Shown in pieces: positions 29,901 through 38,699 of a stretch of 64,000 bases of DNA. Location: assembly GCA_041483895.1 (NCBI GenBank), contig JBGPGO010000001.1, positions 160,001-224,000 of the forward strand. The letters are read 5' to 3'. The stretch is from Fimbriimonadia bacterium (GTDB lineage Bacteria > Armatimonadota > Fimbriimonadia > Fimbriimonadales > JABRVX01). Every line of letters starts with the position of its first letter. Position 1 is the stretch's first letter. The translations under genes were made by a program, and so were the position numbers. The notes under the pieces were generated by a model, which saw only the letters and a list, made by a program, of their open reading frames with translations, was not told the origin of the DNA and searched no databases.

Positions 29901-32657
29901 TTCAAGCTCCGCAAGGATCCAGTCGCTCACAGACCGATCAGTGCTAACAACTCCGGAGACTTTCAGACCGAGGGGTGCGTCTACCTTCTGTCTGAGGTCG
30001 TCCCCATCCTCCGAAAGACAGACGGAGAATCCCGCGTTAACGCCGACGCGGAAGAATGCATCAAGAAATGGAACGAGTGGCGCCAACAGTGGAATGCCTG
30101 CGGCGGCGACCTCGATTATGTCGGGTGTTTCGAAGGTGATGCTAAAATCCGGTCCGAGACAGCTCTCAGACAAATGGAATCCATTCGCAAATGAATACGA
30201 TTGATCGAGTTTGAAACCCAGGCTCCACTCAAGATCCGACATCTTGTTCAGGAACAGTGAAGGAGCGAACTTCTTCTTCCGATGCTTGTCAAGGTCCGCT
30301 CCAATGTAGGTAGAGACATCTCCTGTTACTTTGGAATTCGGATATTGAATGGCATCCAACGAAATGTCAACTCCGGCAACGCCCTTCACCGAAGCCAATC
30401 CAGTCTTTGAATAGCCATCTAGGAAGGGGACTCCCAGTTTGAAAGGTACCGTAGCATCAAATGCGTCTGGAGGAGTCGTATAGTCAATGGACAACTGGTA
30501 TCTGTTGTCTGCGATGATAGGGATTGGGGAGAAACCGAAGTTCCAAAGCGCGGGCCGCAGTGATGGCGGGAGCGCCAACCCAAAGAAGTGAATCACGACG
30601 CTCTGAGATGCTTGTCCCGCAGCGTTGTAGGCCGTGACGCGCAGATCATTCCATATGCCTTTGTCCGAGTACCTAAGATCGGTTCCCATGTCGAGATCGA
30701 GCGATGCAGATTGGCCGGCCGTCGGCTTGGACCAACTCTTCCCGTTCATCACGAACTCAATTCTTCCGGCCGACCCGTGCCAATAGGATATTGTCGCCGT
30801 CACAGTGTTCGTCTTAGAAATGGAGCCCAAGAACGGTCCCTGAATGGGAAGTGATGGCTCGACCTTGTCGATAACCGGCCCATCTCCGGATACCGGATAG
30901 AACGAGATCTGCGCCGACACCGGGATACTCTGTCCAATCGTTTCATCACGGCAGGTTATCGTCGCGATGCCTTCCGTACCTGACGAGAGATTCACTCGCG
31001 CTTGGCCAAACTGATCGGTGGGGACGGTTGCGGCGGAAAAGCTATCTGCGGAACCTCGATTGCTGCTAAATCGAATTATTCGACCGCTCAATAGATCGCC
31101 GGCGGTATTTCGGTAAGTGAGAACGAGGACCGATGCCGATGTATTATCGGCCGGCAAGGTCGTCGGCAGTCCCACGAGGGATGAAGCTCCGCCGCTTCCT
31201 CCGGTCTGACCGCTCCAATATTCGTCTGCCCCAATATCGACGTGGGTGCTCATGATGCGGGTTTCTCCGTCCATATCAGTCCAGCCGTTTTGGATCCAGC
31301 TATCGTCTCCTCTGTCGATGCACGGGGAGTTTGGCTGGATGTGGAGGTTGCCATAGGCTCTGCTGACGAGGACCGGATCCACGGAAATGTTCTTGCTGAT
31401 GTCGATTTGGCCGGTGAGGCCTGAGTAATCGTAGATGGAGTTCCCATAGACGTCGTTGTTGAAAAAGGTCGGCACGCTGCTGGAGACGAGAACTCCAGTC
31501 GAGTTGAAAGCGATCAGATTATTGGCGACGACAGGTGTGGAACTGCTGGAGAATGAGAGAGCCGCTCCGCCGATTGACGTATTGCTAACGATCGTGTTGT
31601 TGACTATTCTGGCTGCGTTTGTGACGTTGCCGCATGAGATTCCGCCGGCGTTGCTCGTGATGATGTTGTTGGCGATGGTCGGCGCGCCAGAGCAGGAGAT
31701 TCCGAATGCGCCATTGCCGACGACCAAATTGTTGGCTATGTATGGATTGTTGCCGCTGCTCGTTATTCCAGTTGCCGTGTTGCTCGAAAATGTGTTGTTT
31801 CGTATTGAGGATCCGGCATACGGGCCGCCCAAGTAAAGCCCTATACCTGTATTGCTTTGGAACACGTTGTCATCAGCCATGATGAGGCAAGAGTCCGCCC
31901 ACACCCCGCCAATCCCAGTTCCGTCGTAACGTCGGTTCCCTGAAATGACGTTCGATCGAAGCGTGATCGTTCCCAGGCTGGACTGAGACAGGTACAAACC
32001 GCCCCCATTAGTCCAGGCGACATTCCCCGTAATCATGTTGCCAACGATCTGTCCGCTGTAGTTCGAACAGTAGATACCGCCACCGTAGTTAATTGAATTA
32101 GAATATTGCGTTGTATTGCCGCTGACGACGTTGTTCAGGATCGTGCATGACGAATTCGAACAGTAGATTCCAGCTCCCTGAACAGCCCCCGAATTCGATT
32201 TAATCGTGTTGTTGGCAATTGTGAAGCTCGACGATGTGCAGGAGATCCCTTGCGTACCACCCGTAATCGTAAAGCCGTCGATTGTCGCGGTCTGTTCCCC
32301 AAGGTTGTTGCACAAAACCAAGACGCCACTCTTCGGGCCAATCGTTGTCACGTTCGTAACCCAATTCCTTTGGGAAAGAACGGATTCTGTCCCGGCGAAG
32401 CCCCCGTACAGGTACACATACCGCTTCAGAATGACGTTCTCCAGGTAGCTCCCAGCAGCCACCCACACATCACCAGGGCCTACTAACGCGGCCGCATCGA
32501 TGCCACCCTGGATCGTTTTCTTCGCTTTCTCCCAAGACAAACCGTCATTCGAATCAGAACCCAATGGCGTGACGTGGATCGTCACAATTCCGAACCCAAT
32601 AGAGTACACGCCGACCATGAACAACATGCAGGCAAGCGCTCGAATCAAGTTTCTCAT
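26922..32657 (-). CDS. Very large secreted/surface protein: right-handed beta-helix, Ig-like, propeller-like and CARDB domains, dockerin-like C-terminus
   Basis: Signal peptide MRNLIRAL... after GGAGG. G.D.NDG.SW..AKKTIQ and GGGIYC/NN.I..N repeats. PDLAI..., DP.N.V.E.DE.NN (CARDB). C-terminal GDANLDNAVDIRD...DLDGSGTVDLKD. Confidence 0.8.
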   Translation of the reverse strand: MRNLIRALACMLFMVGVYSIGFGIVTIHVTPLGSDSNDGLSWEKAKKTIQGGIDAAALVGPGDVWVAAGSYLENVILKRYVYLYGGFAGTESVLSQRNWVTNVTTIGPKSGVLVLCNNLGEQTATIDGFTITGGTQGISCTSSSFTIANNTIKSNSGAVQGAGIYCSNSSCTILNNVVSGNTTQYSNSINYGGGIYCSNYSGQIVGNMITGNVAWTNGGGLYLSQSSLGTITLRSNVISGNRRYDGTGIGGVWADSCLIMADDNVFQSNTGIGLYLGGPYAGSSIRNNTFSSNTATGITSSGNNPYIANNLVVGNGAFGISCSGAPTIANNIITSNAGGISCGNVTNAARIVNNTIVSNTSIGGAALSFSSSSTPVVANNLIAFNSTGVLVSSSVPTFFNNDVYGNSIYDYSGLTGQIDISKNISVDPVLVSRAYGNLHIQPNSPCIDRGDDSWIQNGWTDMDGETRIMSTHVDIGADEYWSGQTGGSGGASSLVGLPTTLPADNTSASVLVLTYRNTAGDLLSGRIIRFSSNRGSADSFSAATVPTDQFGQARVNLSSGTEGIATITCRDETIGQSIPVSAQISFYPVSGDGPVIDKVEPSLPIQGPFLGSISKTNTVTATISYWHGSAGRIEFVMNGKSWSKPTAGQSASLDLDMGTDLRYSDKGIWNDLRVTAYNAAGQASQSVVIHFFGLALPPSLRPALWNFGFSPIPIIADNRYQLSIDYTTPPDAFDATVPFKLGVPFLDGYSKTGLASVKGVAGVDISLDAIQYPNSKVTGDVSTYIGADLDKHRKKKFAPSLFLNKMSDLEWSLGFKLDQSYSFANGFHLSESCLGPDFSITFETPDIIEVAAAGIPLLAPLVPFLDAFFRVGVNAGFSVCLSEDGDDLRQKVDAPLGLKVSGVVSTDRSVSDWILAELEAGGALSPEIQYPGTAENAKNFWGVPFINEIALDFFVTGRLKVWTLFMDQTWEGDLWSQHFVYPPAKYPPGGNGSWIWGHPDTSFVNANYHNLAGGVSAQGDTPDVHQTQLIANTYPGAQPSLAWDGDTAVVLFTYFDPSKPLWQATQIRALRYATDGTKTEQLVSPDNDTGLDSQPQVALDPNGRLIGVWTTIVGPVDGELADTRKAKAEIAFSNYDTNSHTWNTPSLITQDGRMDINPKLVHGADGGIYLAWLKSPDNQYSLDLSKPLNPHTDIHVARWNGTNFIEIRSLTGANTKEHPGLSVRSDGSMALVWSADQDADPSTSDQRLFYSQFANGNWTSRSRVTSEDANGNRPESSPEVSVDADGVPVLYFVRSEIPDPDFPRYLLEELDVTNFNNGSWMSWVPVTQSPTLGDLSVLRSPQGKVSALWTTTSKGISDIWTSVYDASAAQQYSDPVRLTWDDPGQEPADEVEVATAWDPAGNPSAVYLRRLLEKNQRDVGGGHIVDTRKPGPADLYLLSHTPKPDLAILPGDFAVDPLDAGPGQKVKLSATVRNLRALGVKDVKVGFYDGPTLIGALVVVSPNPLLGGATGIAALEWTIPSDGKSHTLRAKADPGNVVPETDETNNEQGIGLASLDLAAKVPVVGQYLPNGQLVIEFGIENISTVATGSAVEWKLMRDDPANGTVLDQGSVPALGAGQSAAISTVWDPGQVSPGTYELFLVVDPANKLGEPNRNNNVAQSKVGLLPDLYINPVLARLTPIGGGKAKVDVTIQNIGWSAAENVKVQVLAGPPGSIPLDEKFIASLARYADVVLPFDNIPLEGVPGALWVVVNPDRLIPEVRYDNNSASLTSPVTVSGKITLETWVGSPITSATFDFSQGGTNLGSYSVALGADGSYTVPAPQGAFKLSVKLSHWLRRSVQIDTSSGSISGNNLELTNGDANLDNAVDIRDLNSIFVNFGLPTPDSDLDGSGTVDLKDMNIIFINFGLIGDHQ

Positions 32658-32741
32658 TTCTGTGCCTCCGCTAATCGATAAAACCATATTGATATTTGCC
32701 ACTCGGCTAGACTCCCAAATTATTCCTCGGCAAAGCCATTA

Positions 32742-34481
32742 CTATCGTCTCTCACGACCGAAACCCAAACGCTCCTGTGCTTTGAGTTCGACGTTTATCC
32801 ATAGTCTCACTTCAGCCAGGTTCGGATTCATCTCGTCAATCGCGTAATTCAGCGCCAATCGACGGCCGAACTTTCCTGACTCCAGCTTGCCGTATGCCTC
32901 CGCAAGGATGTGAAGCGCCATCCGGCCTCGCGGAGACCGGAGTTCATCGTCCGTCATCCATTCGATCTGTTGTTTGATTTCGCCGATGTACTTTCGCAAG
33001 TCCGGGTGATTTGGTCCTTGAACCCGATTGATCGCCTTGATTAGCCAAGGCACTGCTCCTCGGTCCGGATTCAAAAGTCTCGCCGCATCCGCAGCTTGCA
33101 CCGATGGCTCGAGATTCGGTGGCCTCGGCGGATCGAAAGGACGTCCTTCTCGTTTACCAGCGTCCAGGCGGCGCTTCACTTCGTCCAGGTGCTCTTGCTC
33201 CGCAATAACCCGCCGTACTTCCGTCAGCGCGGCAAAGGCCGGATTGCAGCGCAACCCGAAGCGGCCGACGTTTTCCAGCTTCTCATTGGCCCATTTCCAA
33301 TACAGCCTCGACGCAGGGTCGTAGATGACCGAGCAGGCATAACTCGCGATCATGTAGTCGTGCCAGCCGTCGTAGAGATCGCTGAGCCATTGCTGTTGAC
33401 CCGCTACGACAGTCTCTCGGCGGGCCATAAACGTCTTTGCGGGAAGCCAAGGCAACTCGTTTAATTTCCGTTTCGGTGGCTCTGCGGTTTCATCTTCCTG
33501 CGTTTTTTGGGCTTCGAGAACCCGATTGGCAATGGCCTCCGACTGCTCATCCCAGGTCACGATCTCTTTGGCGACAATTGCAATGGCCTGCATGCGCGGC
33601 GTGTGGGAGCTCTCCGGCAAGAGGGCCAGCGCATCGGGTACGTAGTCCGGGTAGCCGTGCAACAGAAGGGATTCCGCGAGTTGTTCGACTTCGGCGGGCT
33701 TTGCGCCGGTGACGGTCAAGCGCCGTTGAAGCGCAACGATCTCTCGCGGCCAGATCTCTGGGCTGGTCTCCCTTGGCGAGAAGATGAAGACTTCGGGTTC
33801 CTCGTTGGGGACAAGGATCAGGAGCACCCGCTGTCCCGCCCGTGCCGTCCTGCCTCCGATTTGGATTGCGCGCCGGGCGACTTGCAGGGCGATCCGGTGT
33901 TCTGATAGGACTTGGAAGTTGGCCTGCGAACCAAGACCTTCGATCTGCCCCTTGCGGCCCACCACGAATGCGTTGGCCCTGCCGAACCACTGCCATGACC
34001 AGAATCCGGCTTGTGTCACATGAACTTGAGGCTTTGTCGAACCCTGCCGAATGGTGGTCCCAAGGAACGAACCGCGGACCATTGTCTGGCCGCTCGGATC
34101 CCGAATGGCGAATTGTCCCGCCGACGGAAACTCCAGGACCGGAATTGCGGCGCTTTTGAGGACGCCATACGTCGACACTGCCAGAATTGTGATTGCCGCG
34201 GCGAAAAGTAACTTGCCGGCTGGTCGCCGGCGTTGGCGTTCCAGGTTCCGCATTACGAGTCGTGTAAATCGCGCGGCCTCCTCGGGCGATGATGGCTCCG
34301 CCGAGCGGAAGTGGTCCTTGAGCAGACCCGCGTCGTCCTGCATGGTCTTAATTCGGTCGCGGCAACTTTGACAGCTATCTACATGGCGCTGAATCACCTC
34401 GCGTTCGGATTGCGAAAGTTCGCCGTCTATCAGCGCCAGCAGGATCTCCGGGGCCGGGCATTCTATTTGTCCTTCGGTCAT
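32742..34481 (-). CDS. Zinc-finger (zf-HC2) anti-sigma factor with TM helix and large extracytoplasmic domain
   Basis: C...L.ALIDGEL...RHVDSCQSC, TM segment LLFAAAITILAVSTYGVL, 4-bp overlap with the sigma gene. Confidence 0.8.
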   Translation of the reverse strand: MTEGQIECPAPEILLALIDGELSQSEREVIQRHVDSCQSCRDRIKTMQDDAGLLKDHFRSAEPSSPEEAARFTRLVMRNLERQRRRPAGKLLFAAAITILAVSTYGVLKSAAIPVLEFPSAGQFAIRDPSGQTMVRGSFLGTTIRQGSTKPQVHVTQAGFWSWQWFGRANAFVVGRKGQIEGLGSQANFQVLSEHRIALQVARRAIQIGGRTARAGQRVLLILVPNEEPEVFIFSPRETSPEIWPREIVALQRRLTVTGAKPAEVEQLAESLLLHGYPDYVPDALALLPESSHTPRMQAIAIVAKEIVTWDEQSEAIANRVLEAQKTQEDETAEPPKRKLNELPWLPAKTFMARRETVVAGQQQWLSDLYDGWHDYMIASYACSVIYDPASRLYWKWANEKLENVGRFGLRCNPAFAALTEVRRVIAEQEHLDEVKRRLDAGKREGRPFDPPRPPNLEPSVQAADAARLLNPDRGAVPWLIKAINRVQGPNHPDLRKYIGEIKQQIEWMTDDELRSPRGRMALHILAEAYGKLESGKFGRRLALNYAIDEMNPNLAEVRLWINVELKAQERLGFGRERR

Positions 34482-35017
34482 GATTCCTCATCTCCCCCAG
34501 CGATCTCCCGCAGCCGGATTAGGGCGCGGGAGATCCGTTTACGCACTGCATCGGGTTCCATTCCTATGATCTTCCCAATCTCCCGATGGCTCATCTCCTC
34601 CCCATAGCGAAGTCCCAAAATGCGACGGTCAATGTCGGTCAAAGCCGCTACCTTGGTCGCCAGGTCCATGTCCTCACAGTTGGCATCTGGAGGATTTGGA
34701 AACAGGCTTGCAGGATCCGGGTTCGCGATCTCCTGTCTTGGCCGACGCGAGTACCGAATCCAGTTCTTGCATCGGTTCCGGCTCACAACCACGACCCACG
34801 GCAAGAGGGCCTTTCGACCGTCGTACTTCGGCGCGTGTTGGCACAGATGCAGCAAGCACTCTTGGACCATGTCCTCCCGGTCGTCGGCGTCGCAATGGAA
34901 GTTGCGGACGACCGTTTTCACGGTTGGCAGGCAACAACCGATCCACCGCTCCACCGATGCCGGCTCGCGGCGTCTCACGCCCTCCACTAACTTGACCATT
35001 TCGGGTCCGGTTTCCAT
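34478..35017 (-). CDS. ECF RNA polymerase sigma factor
   Basis: DREDMVQECLLHL...LLPWVVVVSRNRCKN (region 2) and LRYGEEMSHREIGKIIGMEPDAVRKRISRALIRLR (region 4). Confidence 0.88.
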   Translation of the reverse strand: METGPEMVKLVEGVRRREPASVERWIGCCLPTVKTVVRNFHCDADDREDMVQECLLHLCQHAPKYDGRKALLPWVVVVSRNRCKNWIRYSRRPRQEIANPDPASLFPNPPDANCEDMDLATKVAALTDIDRRILGLRYGEEMSHREIGKIIGMEPDAVRKRISRALIRLREIAGGDEES

Positions 35018-35110
35018 GCCTTCCCATTGAGATATTACAACTAGGACCAGCAAAACCGGACATTCTGCCGCTGGGACTGGATGTTTCCGCCGCCTCCTGG
35101 TACATGTCCT

Positions 35111-35144
35111 TTTGGTATCGATAATGGCCCTTTTCGATACCAAA
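35111..35144. other. dif-like palindromic recombination site upstream of tyrosine recombinase
   Basis: tttggtatcgataa-tggccc-ttttcgataccaaa: 14-bp arms (13/14 complementary) around a 6-bp spacer, adjoining the AAGGAGG SD. Confidence 0.7.
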
Positions 35145-35158
35145 GGAGGCAGAAAACC

Positions 35159-35608
35159 ATGGCAATTGAACTCAAAGTTACAGAAGCTGCCCCAGCCGGA
35201 CCGGATGCGCTGGAGTTCCTTCTGAAGTCCAAAAGGAGGGAGGTCACGAGGCTGGCCTACCAGCGGGACCTGCGGCTGTTCTTCCGGGTCTTCGCCCGAA
35301 GCGAGCCGACGCCGCAGACGATCGGCGCATTCTTCAAGCTGAACACGCCCGGCGTCGTTCGGGCGATGCTCACCTTCAAGATGCAGCAGATAGAGCAAGG
35401 CGTGGCCGAAGTCACGCTCAACCGTCGTCTGACCGCCATCCGCTCGCTTCTGAGCGTGGCAAGGCAGCTTGGCCTGACGGAAGTCAACCCGCAAGGCCTA
35501 GTGCCGGGCGAGAAGACGATGCAGTACCGCGACACGAGAGGCGTCGACAAGGACGCTGCGGCCGCGATGCTCCTTCTTCCCGATACCTCAATGCTCAAAG
35601 GGAACCGC
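35159..35608 (+). pseudogene. Truncated XerC/D-like tyrosine recombinase (core-binding domain only)
   Basis: TRLAYQRDLRLFF, TLNRRLTAIRSLL, LLLPDTSMLKGNR. Homology stops just before the RD..GLR catalytic box. Confidence 0.8.
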
Positions 35609-35625
35609 AGCGCGGCGAGCCTCAG

Positions 35626-35677
35626 TGTAAGCAGCGGAGAGAACCGGGCCCACTTGGGCGGAGCAAATATGTACCAC
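35626..35677 (+). repeat. IS21-family-like terminal sequence (left of CBASS)
   Basis: Begins TGT, followed by two GCGGAG..AA......CCAC units. 35/44 identical to 41054-41097. Confidence 0.6.
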
Positions 35678-35687
35678 TGGACGGCGC

Positions 35688-35930
35688 TATGCGCTGATGC
35701 TGGAACTGGAGCAAATCAACCTGCCGCTGGAGTATTTGGACACGTTCCCTGCCAGGTTCGAGGCGATCACGGCTGCGAACATCCCGCACGTCGCGCGATA
35801 ATATCCGGCAAAGAACCGCATCCAGCTGATTTCAGCAGTGGAACGCAAACAGATCGAGGCGGGAGTGCGCAAATACGGGGCTACCGAAATCGTTTTGGAC
35901 GGCCAGCTTGACGAGAGAAGAAACCGCTGA
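35688..35930 (+). pseudogene. Remnant resembling the C-terminus of an M16 (pitrilysin-like) peptidase
   Basis: Manual translation: LELEQINLPLEYLDTFPARFEAITAANIPHVAR*YPAKNRIQLI...KQIEAGVRKYG, with an in-frame TAA at 35799. Confidence 0.5.
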
Positions 35931-35981
35931 GGAGCGGAGGTTATTGACAATCGCACGATTTGGAGGTAGATCTCATTGTAA

Positions 35982-37589
35982 ATGCTGCCCCCAGAAATTA
36001 GGACGCTGAATCCGCGCGAAATTGATCGTCTCGTCGAATGCTTCAATCGATACGAGTATGTGGTTCCGTTTATTGGAGCGGGCATGTCGGTTCCTTTCGG
36101 ATATCCAAGCTGGACAGGATTTTTGCGCGGCGCCGCAAAGGACGCCAACCGATCTGCGGAAGTAGCGAACTCAATTGCAAAAGGCATGTTCGACGACGCT
36201 GCCCAAATTATTTGCGATGCGTTCGGGCAGTCGGTATTCGACGACCTTATCACGCAGACATTTGGCGACAACGGAAGCAAGGCCAAAGGAGCGGAACCAC
36301 TCGTCGTTGTACCGCACATTACCACTGGACTTGTGATCACTACGAATTTTGACTCGAAGACTAAGGACACGTTCGCCGAGAACGATGCACCGCTTGAATT
36401 GGCACGGGGGCCCGCGATCGATACCGTAGTTGGGGCCAGCCTCGCCCGCAAGCCGTTGCTTTGGCATGTCCACGGGACTGCGGATGAACGTAGCAACCGG
36501 GTGGTGACAGCATCGGATTATCGTAGGGCATATCCCGACGAGCGGCCAGATAAAACGATCGGGGTCGCTGTCGATTGGCTGCTCGAAAGAGTGTTCGTCT
36601 CCCAAAGAATGCTCTTCCTTGGCTGCAGTTTGCTGACCGATCGCACTGTGCAAGCACTTCAAAATGCGCATGGCAAAAACCCAGTCCGCCAGCATTTCGC
36701 CATTCTGGAAGAGCCTGTTGATAGCGATAAGATTCACCGGACCCGTCAGCTCGGCGAAATGGGAATTTGTCCAATCTGGTACCCAGCCGGCAGGTACGAC
36801 CTCATTTATCCCACACTGAGATGGATCGAAAGCAACACAGCAGAGAGCATCGCACACGACAGACCTTCCGCCAGACGGCAGTTTGCCATCGTCACATATG
36901 ACGCAACGCCATCATCAGTAATTGCTCATCCGGGTTGCCTCGACCTCCGCGCCCCATTTGCGTCCGGGCCACTGGCGGATGAGGCCGCTTGGACGGACCT
37001 GGTGGCGGGGCCAGTATCGCGATTTGCTCGGACCATGTGCGAAGAGGCTTCGGCGTGTGTCGTCCAATTGAATTGCAGGCTTGCAGTCGCATTCTGTTTA
37101 GGTACGAACGTCCCAATTGGTACGGGCATAAACATCGTAATTCTGCAACAGGGCATCAGCGGACCGCGAGAGTGGTCCCCCAGATGGGGAGAGGATTCTG
37201 GTCTACGGTGGAATATTACTAAAGCTGCCGTAGGTTCGGGGCAGGACATCGTTCTATCCGTGCATGCAGGACACGGTACCCTGAAGGAGCCGCCTGAATT
37301 CGCGAGTGCAGAGATCCCCAGTGCTGGTACCTTGATCGAAGCACAAATGGAGAATACAAACGCTACTGCCGCGGTGTCCAGCGGGGCGCACGCGTACGCC
37401 CTCGCCCAAGAGTTGATTCGAATTGTGTCCGACACTAGGTCAGCCAAAACCAGCACCCATATTTTCTATAAGGGACCCATTGCACTCGCGTTTTTCCTCG
37501 GTCAACTACATAAGAGCTTAGGGCCAGGCATCTTTTACGAGTATAATTCACCGGAAGCGAGCTACGTACCCGCAATACATTTTCCGTAG
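35982..37589 (+). CDS. CBASS effector: SIR2-like NADase domain fused to SAVED sensor
   Basis: N-terminus: PFIGAGMS..GYPSW, ITTNFD, HVHG, LFLGCSL. C-terminus: RLAVAFCLG, HIFYKGPIALAFFLGQ...FYEY....YVPA (SAVED). Confidence 0.85.
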   Translation: MLPPEIRTLNPREIDRLVECFNRYEYVVPFIGAGMSVPFGYPSWTGFLRGAAKDANRSAEVANSIAKGMFDDAAQIICDAFGQSVFDDLITQTFGDNGSKAKGAEPLVVVPHITTGLVITTNFDSKTKDTFAENDAPLELARGPAIDTVVGASLARKPLLWHVHGTADERSNRVVTASDYRRAYPDERPDKTIGVAVDWLLERVFVSQRMLFLGCSLLTDRTVQALQNAHGKNPVRQHFAILEEPVDSDKIHRTRQLGEMGICPIWYPAGRYDLIYPTLRWIESNTAESIAHDRPSARRQFAIVTYDATPSSVIAHPGCLDLRAPFASGPLADEAAWTDLVAGPVSRFARTMCEEASACVVQLNCRLAVAFCLGTNVPIGTGINIVILQQGISGPREWSPRWGEDSGLRWNITKAAVGSGQDIVLSVHAGHGTLKEPPEFASAEIPSAGTLIEAQMENTNATAAVSSGAHAYALAQELIRIVSDTRSAKTSTHIFYKGPIALAFFLGQLHKSLGPGIFYEYNSPEASYVPAIHFP

Positions 37590-37618
37590 TGCCGGAAACG
37601 GCGGAAGTAGGTGAATAG

Positions 37619-38695
37619 ATGGATCTCCCGTACTATTTTAGTGAATTCGTGTCGCGGATCCGACTGGCCGACATGGCTAACTATGTCGACGCCCATAAAA
37701 TTCTTCGTGATCGGCTGAAAGCGTACCCATCGCTCAAGGAAATCTATATTTCTACGTTCCTCCAGGGCAGCTACCGCAGACATACGGCGATCCGCACGGT
37801 GGCCGGGAAAAGTGCCGACATAGATGTCGTCGTTGTCACGAACCTAAGGGAAGAAGAAAAGACACCGACTCAGGCGATGGCCATCTTTCGGCCTTTTCTC
37901 GACGAATACTATTCGGGGCAATGGCGTTATCAGGACCGCTCGATTCTCGTTAGTCTTCCCGACCTGGAACTCGATTTGGTCGTGACCTCAGCGCCATCGG
38001 AATCTGCCAAAGCGGTATTGTTGAGCGATCCAGTCATTTCATCGTTCGATGTCACTGATGACAGGCACGATGCATTTTGGAGCAACATTGGTGGCAGCAA
38101 CGGTATTTCTGCCGCAGAATCAGCCACGTGGAAATTAGATCCTTTGCGGATTCCAGATCGTAGTGCCAAAGAATGGACATCAACTCATCCGTTGGACCAA
38201 ATCGCATGGACATGGAAGAAGAATAAGGGCTGCGATTTCAACTATTTAGGTGTTGTTAAGATATTGAAGTGGTGGCGTCGAATCACTTACGACGAGCCCA
38301 AATATCCGAAAGGTTACCCCCTGGAGCATATCACTGGGTATTGCTGTCCGGACTCCATCAACGGGCTGGCCCAAGGCATCACCGAGACACTTGAATCGAT
38401 TGTGGCCACGTTCGCGGTAGATTTCCGGTTCGGCAAGGTGCCCGTGCTGCCGGATCATGGGGTTCCGGCCCACAACGTGCTTAAGCGGCTCACTGGAGAG
38501 GATTTTGCAACGTTTTACGAAAAGGCAAGCGATGCAGCAGCGAAAGCGCGCCTCGCGCTAGATGAACCAGACAAGGACAAGAGCATCCAATATTGGCGAG
38601 AACTGCTCGGTGATGAGTTTGGCGAGGATCCCGACGAATCTGAACGCATTCTTGCACCGGCGGTGGCGAAACCCAGAACGGAGCGATTTGCCTAG
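37619..38695 (+). CDS. CD-NTase (SMODS/cGAS-DncV-like cyclic oligonucleotide synthase), CdnD-like
   Basis: FLQGSYRRHTAIR...DIDVVV, ELDLVVT, W..THP..Q, VKILKWWR, PKGYPLEH, and flexible tail ending KPRTERFA. Confidence 0.92.
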   Translation: MDLPYYFSEFVSRIRLADMANYVDAHKILRDRLKAYPSLKEIYISTFLQGSYRRHTAIRTVAGKSADIDVVVVTNLREEEKTPTQAMAIFRPFLDEYYSGQWRYQDRSILVSLPDLELDLVVTSAPSESAKAVLLSDPVISSFDVTDDRHDAFWSNIGGSNGISAAESATWKLDPLRIPDRSAKEWTSTHPLDQIAWTWKKNKGCDFNYLGVVKILKWWRRITYDEPKYPKGYPLEHITGYCCPDSINGLAQGITETLESIVATFAVDFRFGKVPVLPDHGVPAHNVLKRLTGEDFATFYEKASDAAAKARLALDEPDKDKSIQYWRELLGDEFGEDPDESERILAPAVAKPRTERFA

Positions 38696-38699
38696 GCAC

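Noticed and set aside
35018..35494. Long N-terminal extension of the ECF sigma ORF
   Set aside because: It is the antisense shadow of the recombinase remnant. Sigma homology starts near 35017.
35081..35911. 276-aa ORF as an intact integrase
   Set aside because: Homology ends at about 35608. The rest is read-through across an IS-like end, with no R-HxxR-Y catalytic residues.
35944..35972. Sigma70 promoter for CBASS
   Set aside because: TTGACA is perfect, but the -10 at 17 bp (TAGATC) lacks the conserved final T, so it is not listed as a feature.
35982..37589. Thoeris ThsA or DSR call for the SIR2 protein
   Set aside because: The C-terminal domain reads as SAVED rather than SLOG/Macro, there is no TIR ThsB nearby, and the neighbours are CBASS core genes.
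38562..38699. Upstream start for cap2
   Set aside because: It overlaps the CD-NTase by more than 130 nt. GTG 38700 directly follows the stop.
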